From Octopus sinensis (taxonomy: Eukaryota): a DNA stretch of 64,000 nucleotides. The notes under the pieces were generated by a model. The model ran no database searches. It saw nothing but the letters and a program-made list of their open reading frames with translations, and was not told the origin of the DNA. This document shows positions 47,990 through 61,045 of this stretch, in pieces. How positions within the stretch are numbered: the stretch's first letter is position 1; the number at the start of each line of letters is the position of its first letter. The stretch spans positions 32,798,001 through 32,862,000 of the forward strand of contig NC_043016.1 in NCBI RefSeq assembly GCF_006345805.1, written 5' to 3'. The position numbers and the translations under genes were made by a program.

Positions 47990-48670
47990 GTTTATTAATT
48001 TTTATTATTTATATCATTATGTATATTTATATTTATATGTATATGAGTATGAGTATATGCACTCATATGTATATGTATATGTTTTATTATGGGTATATAC
48101 CCACACCTTTATAAGTATATATGTAATCTAATTTGTAATCTCCGAAGAGGTCTTAGGATGTTTTTGTAAATGTCTCATTTATAACTACATATTGACCTAC
48201 CACAAATGGCTAATATGAGTTGAATGAGACATACTTATCTACATGGCCGAAACAGCTGTAAGATATAATCTATATTTATATTTATGTGTACTTACATTTA
48301 TGTTCTATTATACGTATTCTACTTATTGTATAACATTACTATTTTATGTACACTCCTTCATGTACACTGCTTTAACCTGCATTATTATGTTTAACCTTAT
48401 AGTTTCTTATGTTGTGGTTTAATAAAGTATGTGATTGAGTATTATCTGGTAATTGATATATGATTTCGATGTATTTCTCCATTTTCTTATTTTGTATTAT
48501 GAATTTGTGGTAAAACATTTTACCTTTGCCCATATAATACAATAAATGAATTTATTGTATCGCAATTCTTAACATTTATGTATTAACTTTGTTGGGTACC
48601 TCACTAGCAGTATATTGGATATATGTTATCCCATGGTGGGTTGCATTTACAACCCCTATCTCAATTTGTA
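47990..48670 (+). mobile_element. Putative PLE terminal region, same family as 7400-8030
   Basis: Shared HHR architecture and shared 3' sequence. Confidence 0.55.
48138..48264 (+). ncRNA. Hammerhead motif with long stem II (U4-to-C variant)
   Basis: ATCT-CCGAAGA-GGTC...TGTCTCATT/AATGAGACA...GGCC-GAAAC-AGCT-GTA-AGAT. Confidence 0.6.
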
Positions 48671-48786
48671 TATATATATATATATATATAACGGGAAGGT
48701 TTACGAAAATAAACAAAAGACGAAGGCAGGTGGAGTATAAGCAAACAATGTATTAGTATGGCGCTCAGGAATAGAAATAAAACAAG

Positions 48787-48824
48787 TCTTTTACGTTTCG
48801 AACCTACGCTCTTCGACAGAAAGA
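48787..48824 (-). ncRNA. Minimal hammerhead-like motif (ACGT helix III, A6-to-T variant)
   Basis: TCTTT-CTGTCGA-A-GAGC-GTAG-GTTC-GAAAC-GTA-AAAGA. Confidence 0.5.
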
Positions 48825-49116
48825 TACAAGGAAAAGAAACAAGGAGTGAAAAAAATTGCGTGTAAGGGCTAACAATCCAACATGGCGTTCTGATTTCAGG
48901 AGAAGTCAGAGATCGGGGTTCAAACGTTAGAGGTCAGACGTTAGACGCTAGAGGGATAGTAAGGGAGATAACAGGGTCAAGTGACCTCGCCCCAACATGA
49001 AGGTACGTGTGTGCATAAGAGAGTATGTATGTGCATGTGAAAGAGGGCTGGTGGTCTGGACGTGTGTATGTATGTATGATGTGATGTGTAATGTTGTATG
49101 GTGTAGTGTGGTGTGG

Positions 49117-49380
49117 GAGAGAGAAGAGAGAGGAGGGGGAGGGGAGGAGGGAGAGGAGAAGGAAGGAGAGGAGGAGAAGGAAGGGGGAAGGGGAGAAAGG
49201 AGGGGAAAGGAGGAGGGGGAGGGGGGAGAAGGGGAGTGAGGGAGCAGAGAGAAAGAGGGGGAAGAGGGAAGAGGGAAGAGGAAAGAAGAGGGAAGAAGGA
49301 AAAGGAGGGAAGAGGAGGGAAAGACAGTAGGGGTGAAAAGATGAAGGACTGAAGAGAAGTAGGAGTCAAGGGGGAGGTTA
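49117..49380 (+). repeat. Polypurine (G/A) low-complexity tract
   Basis: Almost exclusively G and A for about 260 nt. Confidence 0.9.
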
Positions 49381-49381
49381 G

Positions 49382-49429
<48 letters not shown>

Positions 49430-49430
<1 letters not shown>

Positions 49431-49848
49431 GGGCTGAAAAGAATAGCATGCAGTTCAATGCTGAAAAGTTTCAAGCTTTATGCTATCAGCATGCAAAACT
49501 ATATGCAATACCCAATAAATACACTGGAGCTGGAGGGATTGCAATCCCAGTGGCACAATCAGTCCGAGACCTGGGTATTTACATGACTGATGATGCAACC
49601 TTTCATGTGCATGTTTCTAAATCGGCAATGAAATCTAGGCGACTGACCGGATGGATTCTTAGAACCTTTAGAACAAGAGACCAGGAAACCATGATGGTCA
49701 TCTGGAGGACACTTGTTCTAAGCCACTTTGACTATTGCTCTCAGCTATGGTCACCATCCAGTGTCAAGTTAATCACAGAACTTGAGGCGATCCAACGAAG
49801 CTACCCGAAGAAAATAGCCTCTGTGCAGCATATAAGCTACTGGGAATG
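49430..49848 (+). mobile_element. CR1/Proto2-like LINE internal fragment
   Basis: MQFNAEKFQAL...GWILRTF...FDYCSQLWSP matches 18618-19020. Confidence 0.85.
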
Positions 49849-50699
49849 ACTCAAGAGAGTGTGGTTCTTTCCACCGTTGATTTGTTGTCTGCTAAAGGGT
49901 TTTTGGTTGTTCCAGATTCTGAGTTGTTGGTGTGTCCTACTGGAAGAGTTTTGGTTATTCCAGGGTCTGGGTTGTTCGTACTGGGTGCAATGTTGGTTCT
50001 GTAGTGACGCTATACAGCGGCACATGCGCGAAGCCCCGGAAGAAGAACCCTTTTGCCTACGTAGCAGTTAGCCGAGGCAAGGGGATCGTAGAACGTTTGA
50101 CCACTAGCAGCAGTCAGCAGCGACTTGAGACATGGCTATCGAAGGTACAACACGTATATTCTCTCTGTCCGTATTTGATAGCAGTCGGCCGAAGATTTTA
50201 ACCAAATTGTTGCCGACCACATCATCTTCCCTGTTCCGGACGCCATCTCTGACCAGTGTCGTTTTGCATTTGAACACTTTCTTATTTTACAGCGATAAGG
50301 TTCAGCTGAGACACAACTATACCAAAGGGATGCCAGATACACCAATTATCTGTTACCACATAAGAGAATAAAGTAGATATATATTATTTACGTTTGCGTC
50401 TTGTTGTTTCTGACGGGTAGAGAATCTGGATTATTAAAGCAACGGAAAGTGATTGCTTCTCGCACCCCCAAAAGGTCCAGAGAAGACACTCACAAGTTCG
50501 TAACAGTTCCTTAGAGTGGGTTGGAAACCACAGTCATGGTTTAGAGTTAAATACTTATATGTTGGGAGGGAACTCTGAGTTTTGAACGGTTTGGGTTGGG
50601 ATCTACAATCATAGTTCAGAGGTAGGTTTCTAAGTGATGGGTAGGATCTCCGATTCTGGAACGGTTCTTGTGTGGGTTGGGGTCTACATTGTCTATCAA

Positions 50700-51583
50700 A
50701 CACATGATTGACAAACGGGCACACATATACACACACCATCCTACCAAATTTCTAAAAAAACACACACATATATTTATACCACAATGGACCCTGGGACCAT
50801 TCAAAAGCAGCCCACACACAAACACATGTATACATATACACACACAAAGACACATACACTCACACCATATATACGCACACACACAAACACATACTCAATA
50901 CCAACACACACAAAACGTATACACACACACACGCCACACAGATACACCCAACAGACATGGACACATATACACACTAATGCACACGCAACACACTAACAAA
51001 CATTAACCACACACATACACACACAAACGAGCACAGATATACACACACCATCCCACCAAATTTTAAAAAACACACATCTCTTTACACCACAATGGACCCT
51101 GGGACCAATCAAAAACAGCCTCCCCCCTCACACACACACAAACACATGTATACACATATATACACACACACTCACACCATATATACGCACACACACAAAC
51201 ACATACGCAATACCAACAAATACAAAACGTATATACACACACACACGCCACACAGATACACCCAACTGACATGGACACACATACGAACAAACACATACAC
51301 ACTAATGCACACACAACACACTAGCAAACATTAACCATACATATACACACACACACACACAAACGGGCACACATATACACACACCATCGTACCAAATTTT
51401 TAAAAACACATCTATTTACACCACAGTGGACCCTGGGACCAATCAAAAACAGCCCCCCCCCACACACACACACAAACACATGTATACATATATATACACA
51501 CACACAAAGGCACACACACACTCACACCATTCTGACCTCCATACAGACACACATATACACAGGCAGCACCATGCCAAATGCCA
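50700..51583 (+). repeat. CA-rich tandem repeat, about 315-335-nt unit, about 2.7 copies, ending at the gap
   Basis: ACCA(C/A)(A/G)TGGACCCTGGGACCA recurs at about 50778, 51088 and 51420. Confidence 0.8.
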
Positions 51584-51683
51584 NNNNNNNNNNNNNNNNN
51601 NNNNNNNNNNNNNNNNNNNNNNNNNNNNNNNNNNNNNNNNNNNNNNNNNNNNNNNNNNNNNNNNNNNNNNNNNNNNNNNNNNN
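51584..51683. other. Assembly gap (100 N)
   Basis: Run of exactly 100 N; adjacency across it is not established. Confidence 1.
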
Positions 51684-52010
51684 CTCATCGTCAGGATTGG
51701 CTTTGCGAGTCTCCAACCATTACGCAACTTTTCGGGACATGAACAAGCGCCAGACCACGGGACTCAGCAAGCTAATATGGCGACTGAAGGATACGAACTC
51801 AAGCTACAGGCTGGAATGGTCAATTTTGTCGGTGGCCCTCCCATTTGATAGGGGCAGAAGGCAGTGCAACCTTTGTGTCTCCGAACTCTTCCATATTTTG
51901 TTTGCCAGAGGCCGGATGGTAAACGGACTTTTACAGTCGGCTTTTCGATGCCCCCATTGGCGGCGTTACACACTTATCTGGCTTTTAAATAGCGTTTATA
52001 AATAATACCG
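51684..52010 (+). mobile_element. Penelope-like element 3' end (GIY-YIG domain C-terminus)
   Basis: RVSNHYATF...TGLSKLIWRLKD...WSIL...CNLCVSE...RCPH. Confidence 0.7.
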
Positions 52011-52032
52011 GCACCCATAGCCCTTGGTAACA

Positions 52033-52610
52033 AATTCTGAAATAGCCTTTAAGATATTTACGATTAACCACTGCAAGGGGAATTACTCCTGTAAGATAAA
52101 CGGGGCTTGGTTTTTTGACAACGGGGGGTTACCTTGACAAGGCAGGCTCAGACGAACACACACACATAAAACATATAATATTTTTTTTTTCTCTGCCACC
52201 CAACGGTTCTTACTGCAGTAGCCATTGTAGCGGCTTAGCCACTGACAGCCGAGCGATCAAACGCACACACGTACACAAAAAATGTTTTCTCCCCTACGCC
52301 ACCCACACACATATATAGAACAATTCTGAAATAGCCTTTAAGATATTTACGATTAACCACTGCAAGGGGAATTACTCCTGTAAGATAAACGGGGCTTGTT
52401 TTTTGACAACGGGGGGTTACCTTGACAAGGCAGGCTCAGACGAACACACACACCATAAAACATAATATATATTTTTTTCTGCCACCCAACGGTTCTTACT
52501 GCAGTAGCCATTGTGGAGAGCGGCTTAGCCACTGACAGCCGAGCGATCAAACGCACACACGTACACAAAAAATGTTTTCTACCCCTACGCCAGCACACAC
52601 ATATATAGAA
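52033..52610 (+). repeat. Two tandem 289-nt units downstream of the PLE ORF
   Basis: AATTCTGAAATAGCC at 52033 and 52322. Confidence 0.9.
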
Positions 52611-52879
52611 CAGTATACACACATGTCTCTAAGTAGATTTTTTCTCGCCCCTTATAAAACATCCAATATTCCTTAAATAGTCAGAACTTTATTCTCGGTC
52701 ACAAAGAACATCTACACACCCTCACCCACATGATTGACCGCTGCCTGACCCTTTAAAATCTTCAGCCACCGGTTCTCAACATACACTGATAAACAGTTTT
52801 GCCATGGGCTCTTAGGAGCCTAGTTCGATTTGTTTTGCTCCGCCTCTGTTCTGTTTTTGTTTTTTCCAACGGATTTCCT

Positions 52880-52969
52880 ATTTCTTCCTGAAGAGAAAGA
52901 CACAATATGGTCTCATTATTCAATCGGATTTTGGTAAATTGTGCCTTTCGAAACACGTGTAGATGAAAT
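52880..52969 (+). ncRNA. Type I hammerhead ribozyme with canonical core
   Basis: Stem I ATTTC-T-TC/GA-T-GAAAT; CTGAAGA 52888-52894; stem II GAAAG/CTTTC + CACAAT/ATTGTG; GAAAC-ACGT-GTA; predicted cleavage after 52961. Confidence 0.8.
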
Positions 52970-53176
52970 AAAACGATTTCTGTTCAATCTTCGTTCAGCT
53001 CCATTTCTTCAATTCACCAATAATATTTTAATTTCAATTATCCGCACCAACGCACGGTTGCAACACCATATGGTTGTACCTCCAACCGTGCTGTTTTCTG
53101 CTGTGATTTTTGCTACCAAGGTATCGGTTAAACTTTTGATTAATCTACTACAAGATTATTCATCTTTCTATTTCAC

Positions 53177-53253
<77 letters not shown>

Positions 53254-53357
53254 AATATTCACATATATATATATATATATAAATGTTTACATATATATAA
53301 ATATTTATATAATATAATATAAATGCGTATATATGTATATAAACATTTATATATGGC

Positions 53358-53524
53358 ACCTTGGCAAGTGTCTGCTATTGCCTCTGGCTAACTATAGCCT
53401 TGTGAGTGGATTTGGTAGACGGAAACTAAAACAGCCCCGTCGTATATATGTATAATTTTATGTATGTGTGTGTATATGTTTGTGTGTCTGTGTTTGTCCT
53501 GCCAACATTGCTTGACAACCGATG
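53358..53524 (+). mobile_element. SINE family 1 fragment
   Basis: GCCTTGTGAGTGGATTTGGTAGACGGAAAC...TTGCTTGACAACCGATG. Confidence 0.75.
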
Positions 53525-54135
53525 GTAACTGGTCCTGAAGCGCAATGGCATTGCTGGGATCTTTGGCACTATGCAGTGTTGACCTGTTCTGGCATTACTG
53601 TAGCTTTCAATGTCAAAATTTGGCACAATTCCTTTCAGGATCTTCCAGATGTATATTACTGCATACCTCTCCCTCACCTTCGCTCCAGAGAGTAGAGTCT
53701 TAGCTGTTTCAGCCTTTCCCAGTAGCTTAGCAGTTGCAAAGAGATGATCTTGTTTGTGAATCTTCGTTGGATTGCTTCAAGGTCCGCTGTGAATTTCACT
53801 CTGTTGGGTGACCATAGCTATGAGCAGTAATCCAGGTGGCTGAGGACGAATGTCCGCCAGAGGACCATCATGGTTTCCTTATCTCTGGTTCTGAATGTTC
53901 TCAGGATCCATGCAGCCAGTCGCCTGCACTTTGTCGACATCCTGGTAATGTGCACTTGGAAAGAGGTATCATCACTCATGTTGATACCCAGGTCCGTCAC
54001 TGATTTAGGCCCTGGGATTGAAATTCCCTGTGGGCCAGTGAACCCTGTAAGTTTCATATTGAGTTTTGGATGCCGGTAGCGCAGGGCTTGGAATATTTCA
54101 GCATTAAATTGCATACTATTATCCTCAGCCCATCA
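53525..54135 (-). mobile_element. CR1/Proto2-like LINE fragment
   Basis: MQFNAEIFQALRY...AWILRTF...HLDYCS, RERYAVIYIWKIL. Confidence 0.8.
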
Positions 54136-54374
54136 GTAAAATAACAGTGACAAACGAAAAATACACCACCAATAGTTGTTGCTGACAAACAATGGCAGTA
54201 ATTTTATTCAGCTGAATGCACATCATTGATTGGTTGAAATTACCGAAATACAACAACTTAAAACGAAATAACTTCTTAAATATAAATTTTTCTCAAAAAC
54301 GCTAACAGTAAAAGATATTTTATATGACACATTCTACCAGTATACGAAGTTTGAAAGTGTTTAGTTACAAAAAA

Positions 54375-54761
54375 TTATTTTCTAAATCTGCCGGTCAGAA
54401 GGTAAAGATGCATTGCTTCCTTAGTATGTAACTCTTCCTTAGTACGTAACTTACACTTTCTGGTATGCGTCTTATATGGAGTGGTTTCCATTATAATAGA
54501 CCAGTTTAAGTTGTTATTTCGTGTTTTTAGTTCATTAATGTATGTAGCGAGTGCCATTGAATTTTTTGTTCCTGGATTTGAGAATGAGCTGATATGCCCC
54601 CTATATCTTGTCTTAAAATCGGTTGTGCTCCTTATGTATACCTTGTTTGGTTCATTAATAGTTCCAGAAATTACAAGCTTTATTCTGCTCCCTTACATTT
54701 ATATGTTTATTATCTGTGTTCATTATTATTATTATTATTATCATTATTATTATTATTATTA

Positions 54762-54798
<37 letters not shown>

Positions 54799-55690
54799 AT
54801 TAAGACTATCTGTATTCCCATTATTCTTAAGCTTAAATTTATTATTCCCTGTGATTTTCGATCCTAGATTTGGCGTAGATGAATATGATAGTTTGAGACA
54901 GGATCTATTAAAAATGGGGTGGTATTTATGGTCCACAGCAAAGTTCTTGTAAATAACACAAACAAATAATTTAGGGAGGTTTTTGGCCTGAGGGAGAAAG
55001 GTGGGGGTTAAACCAGATAACTTCCCATTTTCTCGCTGTTTTATTTCCAGTTTGCCTATGCTTATTATTGTAACAAGAACAGTTAGAATAAATTGGATAT
55101 CTTCTAAAGTGAGAGGCATCCTGTTGTTCAGAAGGGTTGTTTATGGACAGGGTATCAATGGAAAGAGCTTACCTGATTTGTATTTGAATAGTGTATTCTT
55201 GATATAATATATATTTTACATGAATTCACTATTCTTTAAGGCTGTGTTATAAATAGGCGTCACATTATAGAAAATCTCTTGGTTTGATGATAGGTTGGAA
55301 ATTCTAATTGACATTCCCTTGATGACTCCATTAATAATACTTTGGGGATGGTTTGACAATGCATGGTTAAATTTATTTGGCTTGTAGGGATAAAATAGCC
55401 CATTATCTAAGTTTAGTATTACATCTAAGAAGTTAATAATTCTAGTGGTATTTTCAAACATAATCTCTAAATTATCTACTTTAAAAAATTTGATTAATTT
55501 TTTTCTTAATTCTATCTATTGTTTCTCTAGTGAAGAGCCAGATATAGCAAGTAAGGCATCGTCCCTGTATAGACCTCCACTGATATTTGGGAACTCATCC
55601 CTAATTTTCGAAAGTAGAAATAGGCCCACTATATCAATGATCTGGGTAGAGTCAGAAGAAACCATTGTAACATCGAAGTTGTCGTGAATG
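54375..55690 (-). mobile_element. Degenerate Penelope-like element (RT, linker, GIY-YIG C-terminus), with (ATT)n at 54722-54797
   Basis: GGLYRDDAL at about 55555-55580; NFLDVILNL, SNHPQSII; HKYHPIFNRSCLKLSYS; YINELK...NWSII...CKL. Confidence 0.8.
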
Positions 55691-56057
55691 TTACTATGGG
55701 TTCAAAGCCTGTTTTTAATATATATATATATTCTTTTATATAGGGCAGGGTGCAAAATTAGATGGCAACTGGGATAAAATGAGTAAATTTTGATTTCTCC
55801 TACCTGTTTAAAGTCACTACATTGCAATTATTGCATCGTGTTTAGGAGTAAACATTTGTTAGCATAGTTGTTGAAGTTGAGAGAGTCTGAAACATAGTCA
55901 GGTGACAAGTACTTTTCGTCAAGAAATTTTTCCTCAACTTAAGAGAGCCACTCCAGCAGATTATGAAGAAGCTATAGAGAATATTTTATGTTGAGATTGT
56001 TTTTTTATTCAAGTTTCATTAATTTCATAACATGTGCCATTTTTCCATGATCCTTTC

Positions 56058-56222
56058 TCTCTTTTACTCTTTTACTTGTTTCAGTCATTTGACTGCAGCC
56101 ATGCTGGAGCACCGCTTTTAGTCGAGCCCAGTACTGATTTTATCGGTCTCTTTTGCCGAACCGCTAAGTGACGGGGACGTAAACACACCAGCATCGGTTG
56201 TCAAGCAATGCCAGGGAGACAA

Positions 56223-56259
<37 letters not shown>

Positions 56260-56425
56260 CATATATACAACAGGCTTCTTTCAGTTTCTGTCTACCAAAC
56301 CCACTCACAAGGCATTGGTCGGCCCGGGGCTATAGCAGAAGACACTTGCCCAAGATGCCACGCAGTGGGACTGAACCCAGAACTATGTGGTTGGTTAGCA
56401 AGCTACATACCTCACAGCCACTCCT
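56058..56425 (-). mobile_element. tRNA-derived SINE family 1
   Basis: Reverse complement of 10904-11293 type. Confidence 0.85.
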
Positions 56426-57559
56426 GCACCATTTTTAATTTCTGTTACATTTCTGATCCTTTTAAGGATGGATATTGATGTGATGAGTCTTTTTCAAATG
56501 TAATTCCTAAGAATTGAAGCAGCAAATTTACTTTATTTTGGCTTACTAATTTTTCCCCAGCTAAAGTTTTCTTTTATTTACTCAAAGAGAATGGTGATAA
56601 TTTTCTGAAATAGTGTTCAGATTATCTTATATTTGTTTTTAATGCATTTAGCGAAGATCATTTGCTTAGCTGATATAGTTTTTGTAAAGTAGTGAACATT
56701 TGTGAAATATATTTTTTCTAAAATTCAGAAGTGCAGTAAAAACTCATTGTGTCCCACCCCCTGTGTGTTTGTGTGTGCACGTGTGTGTGCATGTGTGTGT
56801 GTGCATATGTGTGTTTTAGGATCAGTGGCATAACTAAGGAGAGTGACCATTCCTGCCAAGCACATTTTTCAAAATTGGCACCTTTTATAAGATGTCTTAA
56901 TCAATGAGATAAAAATTGTTTGGTATGTGTATGGTGCCTTCTTTTCTTTTTATGTGTTCGCTCACCTTGATTTTAGAACCTAGCTGTGCTCCTGGTTAGG
57001 GTTGTCATATCGGAACAAGCAGAACCCAGTATACTTCCACTGTCAATCACTGCAGCCTTCCATGGCCAACATACAGTAGAAGCTAAAAAAATAAACAAAA
57101 AAAAGAAACAAATTTTCAGAATGAATTATATCAACAAATAAATGTAAGTATATTACCCAAAATGTATCTTCCTAATGCCCCCCTCTCTCACTCAACAGCC
57201 ATGTTTCTCTTCTACTATAAGACTCCTGTTTCTGTCCCTCAATACTCACTCCTCTTCAGCTGAGGAATATTGCAAGTTACTTAGTGACCTCACTGGTGAT
57301 GGTGCCACATAAAAAGCACTCAGTACACTTTATAAAGTGGTTGGTGTTAGAAAAGACATCAAACCATAAAAATCATGTCAAGGCAAACACTAGAGCTTGG
57401 TGTAGTCTCCTGTCAAGAACTTTTTCATAAAAACTTTTAAAAATACAAGAAAAAAAAAATCCACTGAATGCCATCTGATACTTTATATAACCTCCATTGG
57501 CTTTAATAACTTGTATATATCTTTTTTTCAAAGATATTTTTCTGTAGATCTGATGTTTT

Positions 57560-58200
57560 CAGCATTGCCTAATTTGGATTTTTAAAAGGTGAAGAAGTCA
57601 CTGCAAGATGTGTCATGAAATTTTTACTATATATGATTAACCTCATAGAATAACCTTCAATACTATTGTTCCTTTCCTTTGTCCACTGAATTTACATCAG
57701 TGAAAAACTCAACTTGTGTTTGCATTTTGGGTTGCTACAGCAAGGAAAAGTTGTGCAATTCTGAACCTCTCTGAGCAGCATTCAATATTTGATTTTTCAA
57801 AATATTTGGTCCATTTTTTATGTACTAGCAATTTACTGAATTTCTCATCACTCTTGTAATTTTGTAAAACCTACTTCAAGTTACTAACTCTTCATGTCAT
57901 TAAACCTCTACTGCTTATCTACCAAATATTTGACACAAAACTCCAATTAAGTATCTTGCTCAAGGTCATCCACTTGAATCCCGAAAACACTTTCGTTGGT
58001 TTCACCCACTTATCCAATGAATACACTGAACATCTGTTGTAGAAAGTAACTACTTCAGCTCAAAATTTTTTACATTCTTCTTTATATCATGAGCATTTCT
58101 GGCCAGCCAGTCCTTTAGCTTTTGAGGTTGTGAAATTCTGATTCTTTCTTTGTCATCCTCTTTTTCTTCTCTCTTTTTCTTCCATCTTTCTTCTGTTACT
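57560..58200 (-). pseudogene. Fossil hAT-type transposase C-terminal region
   Basis: Minus-strand KWTKYFEKSNIECCSERFRIAQLFLAVATQNAN resembles the hAT dimerisation region; many stops. Confidence 0.45.
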
Positions 58201-58339
58201 AGAATTTTAACCTTGTCCAATACCTTTCCTCCCTCTTTGTTCTCTTCTGCATGCCTTCACCCCCCCCCCACTCTCAGTCACTCTTGATTGAGATAATTTT
58301 GTATTCAAGACATTCGAAGTCATGGCCATCTCATCTTTT

Positions 58340-58550
58340 ATTCAAACCTAATGCAGTTGTGGCCTGTGCTTCTGACACATAAAAGACACTGAGTGCACTC
58401 TATGAAGTGGTTGGCATTAGGAAGGGCATCAGGCCATAGAAACCGAGGCAAAATAGACTGGAATATGGTGCAGCTTTCCGGCTTACTGATTCCAGTGAAA
58501 CCATCTAACCCATACCAGCATGGTAAACAGATACTAAATGATGATAATAA
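58340..58550 (+). mobile_element. Diverged RTE 3' UTR/tail-derived repeat
   Basis: GTGGTTGGCATTAGGAAGGGCATC...CCCATACCAGCATGG...AAATGATGAT; similar copies at 61160-61460 and 62280-62450. Confidence 0.65.
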
Positions 58551-58627
58551 TATGTACAGATCGCGTGTGTATTGTTGGCGATCTTTTTCCTCTGTCATCC
58601 CTTCCTTGGATCTTTCCTTTTCCTATG

Positions 58628-58660
58628 TTTCTGATGAAGAGCTCCACTTGAAACGTTAAA
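58628..58660 (+). ncRNA. Minimal hammerhead-like motif (AACGTT helix III, degraded stem II)
   Basis: TTT-CTGATGA-A-GAGC-TCC-ACTT-GAAAC-GTT-AAA within a repeat related to 48680-48890 (GAGCGTCCAATAACACT vs GAGCGCCATACTAATAC). Confidence 0.5.
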
Positions 58661-59281
58661 TCCTCCTTCTTTCTTTCCTTTCCTGAGCGTCCAATAACAC
58701 TATACTTGTTCCACGTCCTCGCGTTGTTGTGTTTTCCATTTTGGATTAATTATATATATATATATATATGCATACAAGTATGTGTGTACATGTACCTGTG
58801 TGTGTCTTCTTGCGTGTATCTGTGCATTTGTATGCATGTACATTGGTGTATAGCTATGTGCATCTATCAGAATGTAGTGGTGTGGTTATTTAAAAACCTT
58901 GTCCTCTTTGCCTACCATTTAGATGCAATATCTAGTCACTTGGCTATCTTTCTTCTACTAAGGTCATATAATTTGACTTAGATCCCACATTTCCAATCAG
59001 AGACCGACCCCTATTTTTTATCTACACTGGCTTACATTTCTGAGGAAGTGTCTGTGTCCAACCCCTATCTCTCCTTGTTTCCCCTGCAACTCTGTTCCCA
59101 CTGGCCTTTACCTGCACGTTTGTGACCCTGTATGGGTTATATTTATAGAGTGACATCATTTAATTACTGAATACTGAAACATACCTAACAGATGTAATAA
59201 TGGAATACAAAGTTCAAGCCATGGCCTTTTACTATTCAGCTCTTTACCTCTTGACAGACAGTCTAAGCAGCGGAGAATGTC

Positions 59282-59600
59282 TTAAGTACTTGTAGTCTTC
59301 TTCCTGCAGCTTCTCTCATAGCTAATCCTTCCTATGTGTGATGAGCAAGTTCTGTTGCAAAATCTGCCAGCAAGGAAGGTGCTGCAGGACTGTGGTGTAT
59401 TGTCTTTCTTTCTTTGGCATTTTGCTTCTAGGGCCAGCATTTTGTCTTCCTCAAGCTGTTTGACTCCTTCGTTCACTGAGGTTTTCCATGCTGTTCTGTC
59501 CTCAGCTAACTTTTCCCCAAGTTTTTGTATTGATGTAGCACTTGGTCAGACTGCTCTTATATATGTCCTTAAATCTCAGCTTTGGTCATCCTTTGTGTCT
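59282..59600 (-). mobile_element. RTE (BovB-like) LINE C-terminal fragment
   Basis: LRFKDIYKSSL...AEDRTAWK...FCNRTCSSHIGRISYERSC. Confidence 0.7.
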
Positions 59601-59613
59601 GCTACTGTTCTTT

Positions 59614-59672
<59 letters not shown>

Positions 59673-59675
<3 letters not shown>

Positions 59676-60068
59676 CATAGGAGTGGCTGTGTGGTAAGCA
59701 GGCATAGGAATGGCTATGTGATAAGTAGCTTGCTTACTAACCACATGGTTCTGGGTTCAGCCCCACTGCGTGGCACCTTAGGCAATTGTCTTCTACCAAA
59801 GCCTTGTGAGTGAATTTGGTAAACGGAAACTGAAAGAAGCCCATCGTATATATATATATATATGTATGTGTGTCTGTGTTTTTGCCCCCAACATCACTTG
59901 ACAACCGATGCTGGTGTGTTTACATCCCCGTAGCTTAGCGGTTCGGCAAAAGATAACAATAGAATAAGTACTAGGCTTACAAAGAATAAGTCCTGGGGCT
60001 GATATGCTTGACTAAAGGCGTGCTCCAGCATGGCCACAGTCAAATGACTGAAACAAGTAAAAGAGAGA
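59673..60068 (+). mobile_element. tRNA-derived SINE family 1 (duplicated head)
   Basis: Same body and tail as 10904-11293. Confidence 0.85.
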
Positions 60069-60980
60069 GTAAAGTGTATATATATATACATATACACCAA
60101 TGAAAAGAAGACAAAGAAAATTCTTAACACATCTTTAATTATAAGTTACAAATGTTTCCCTACTATCTCCATTTGCAACACCAGTTTGTATAAAAAATTT
60201 AAAATAAAAATTGCATAGTATTTGCAGTTTTAGGCATTGGAGAGGCACTTCCTCAGACTTGCATCAAAGGTGTGCTATTACATTGTGCATCTATCAGAGC
60301 TTGTTAGGAAAGTACCGAGAGAAAATAAAAAAGAAAATTAAAAGTGTGTGTGTAGAATGAGTTTGTGGGGAATATTATGTGCTGGTGGTGGAGAGGAATC
60401 AAGAGGGTGGATACATATAAAGATATGAGTAAGAAAAGGAATGGAAGAAGGTGAAAGAGAAGTAGAAGAGGGGAAGAATCCAAAGGCAAGGAAGAAGAAA
60501 AAGAACAGAAAAGAAGAAGGAGAGGTAGTACAGTGGGCAGTGCTGCATATAGCAAAATGGTTTATCCATCATATGCTGCCAGTGTGTCAGCCAGTACAGG
60601 CAGAACCATTGTTACCAAAATTTGTCCAATGGAAGATGATGCATTTGATCACACAGCTGCATTAGTCTGTGACAACTTGAAGTGAAAAGATCTATTAAAT
60701 AGATAACTAAACAATTGTATGGCATCGAAGGATGAGGATGATGTTAATGATGTATGTTGTGGGCTGACCTAATTTATGATCCTAGTGTGTTTCGACACTG
60801 GGAAAGGGATACAAGTAGGAAAAGACGAATATACATACAGAAGAATATGTACACATAGATACGTACATACGTATATATACTCATGCAGAGGTAGATACTC
60901 ATACGCACACAAACACACTCAGGTTGAGTAACTGTGTATTTCCTTTGCAGTAGCTCACCTGTTTCTGTCTTCATTCCTGA

Positions 60981-61045
<65 letters not shown>

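Noticed and set aside
50030-50100. Long hairpin (CCCTTTTGCCT/AGGCAAGGGG) between GGAAGA and GAACGTT, resembling an HHR
   Set aside because: Both conserved core segments are broken (no CTGA, no GAAA)
52033-52610. Hammerhead within the 289-nt tandem (TTGACAA and CTGACAG hits)
   Set aside because: No stem II followed by GAAA downstream of either hit
60540-60780. Short open frame MVYPSYAASVSASTGRTIVTKICPMEDDAFDH
   Set aside because: About 40 codons, no splice context or family I can name; left unannotated
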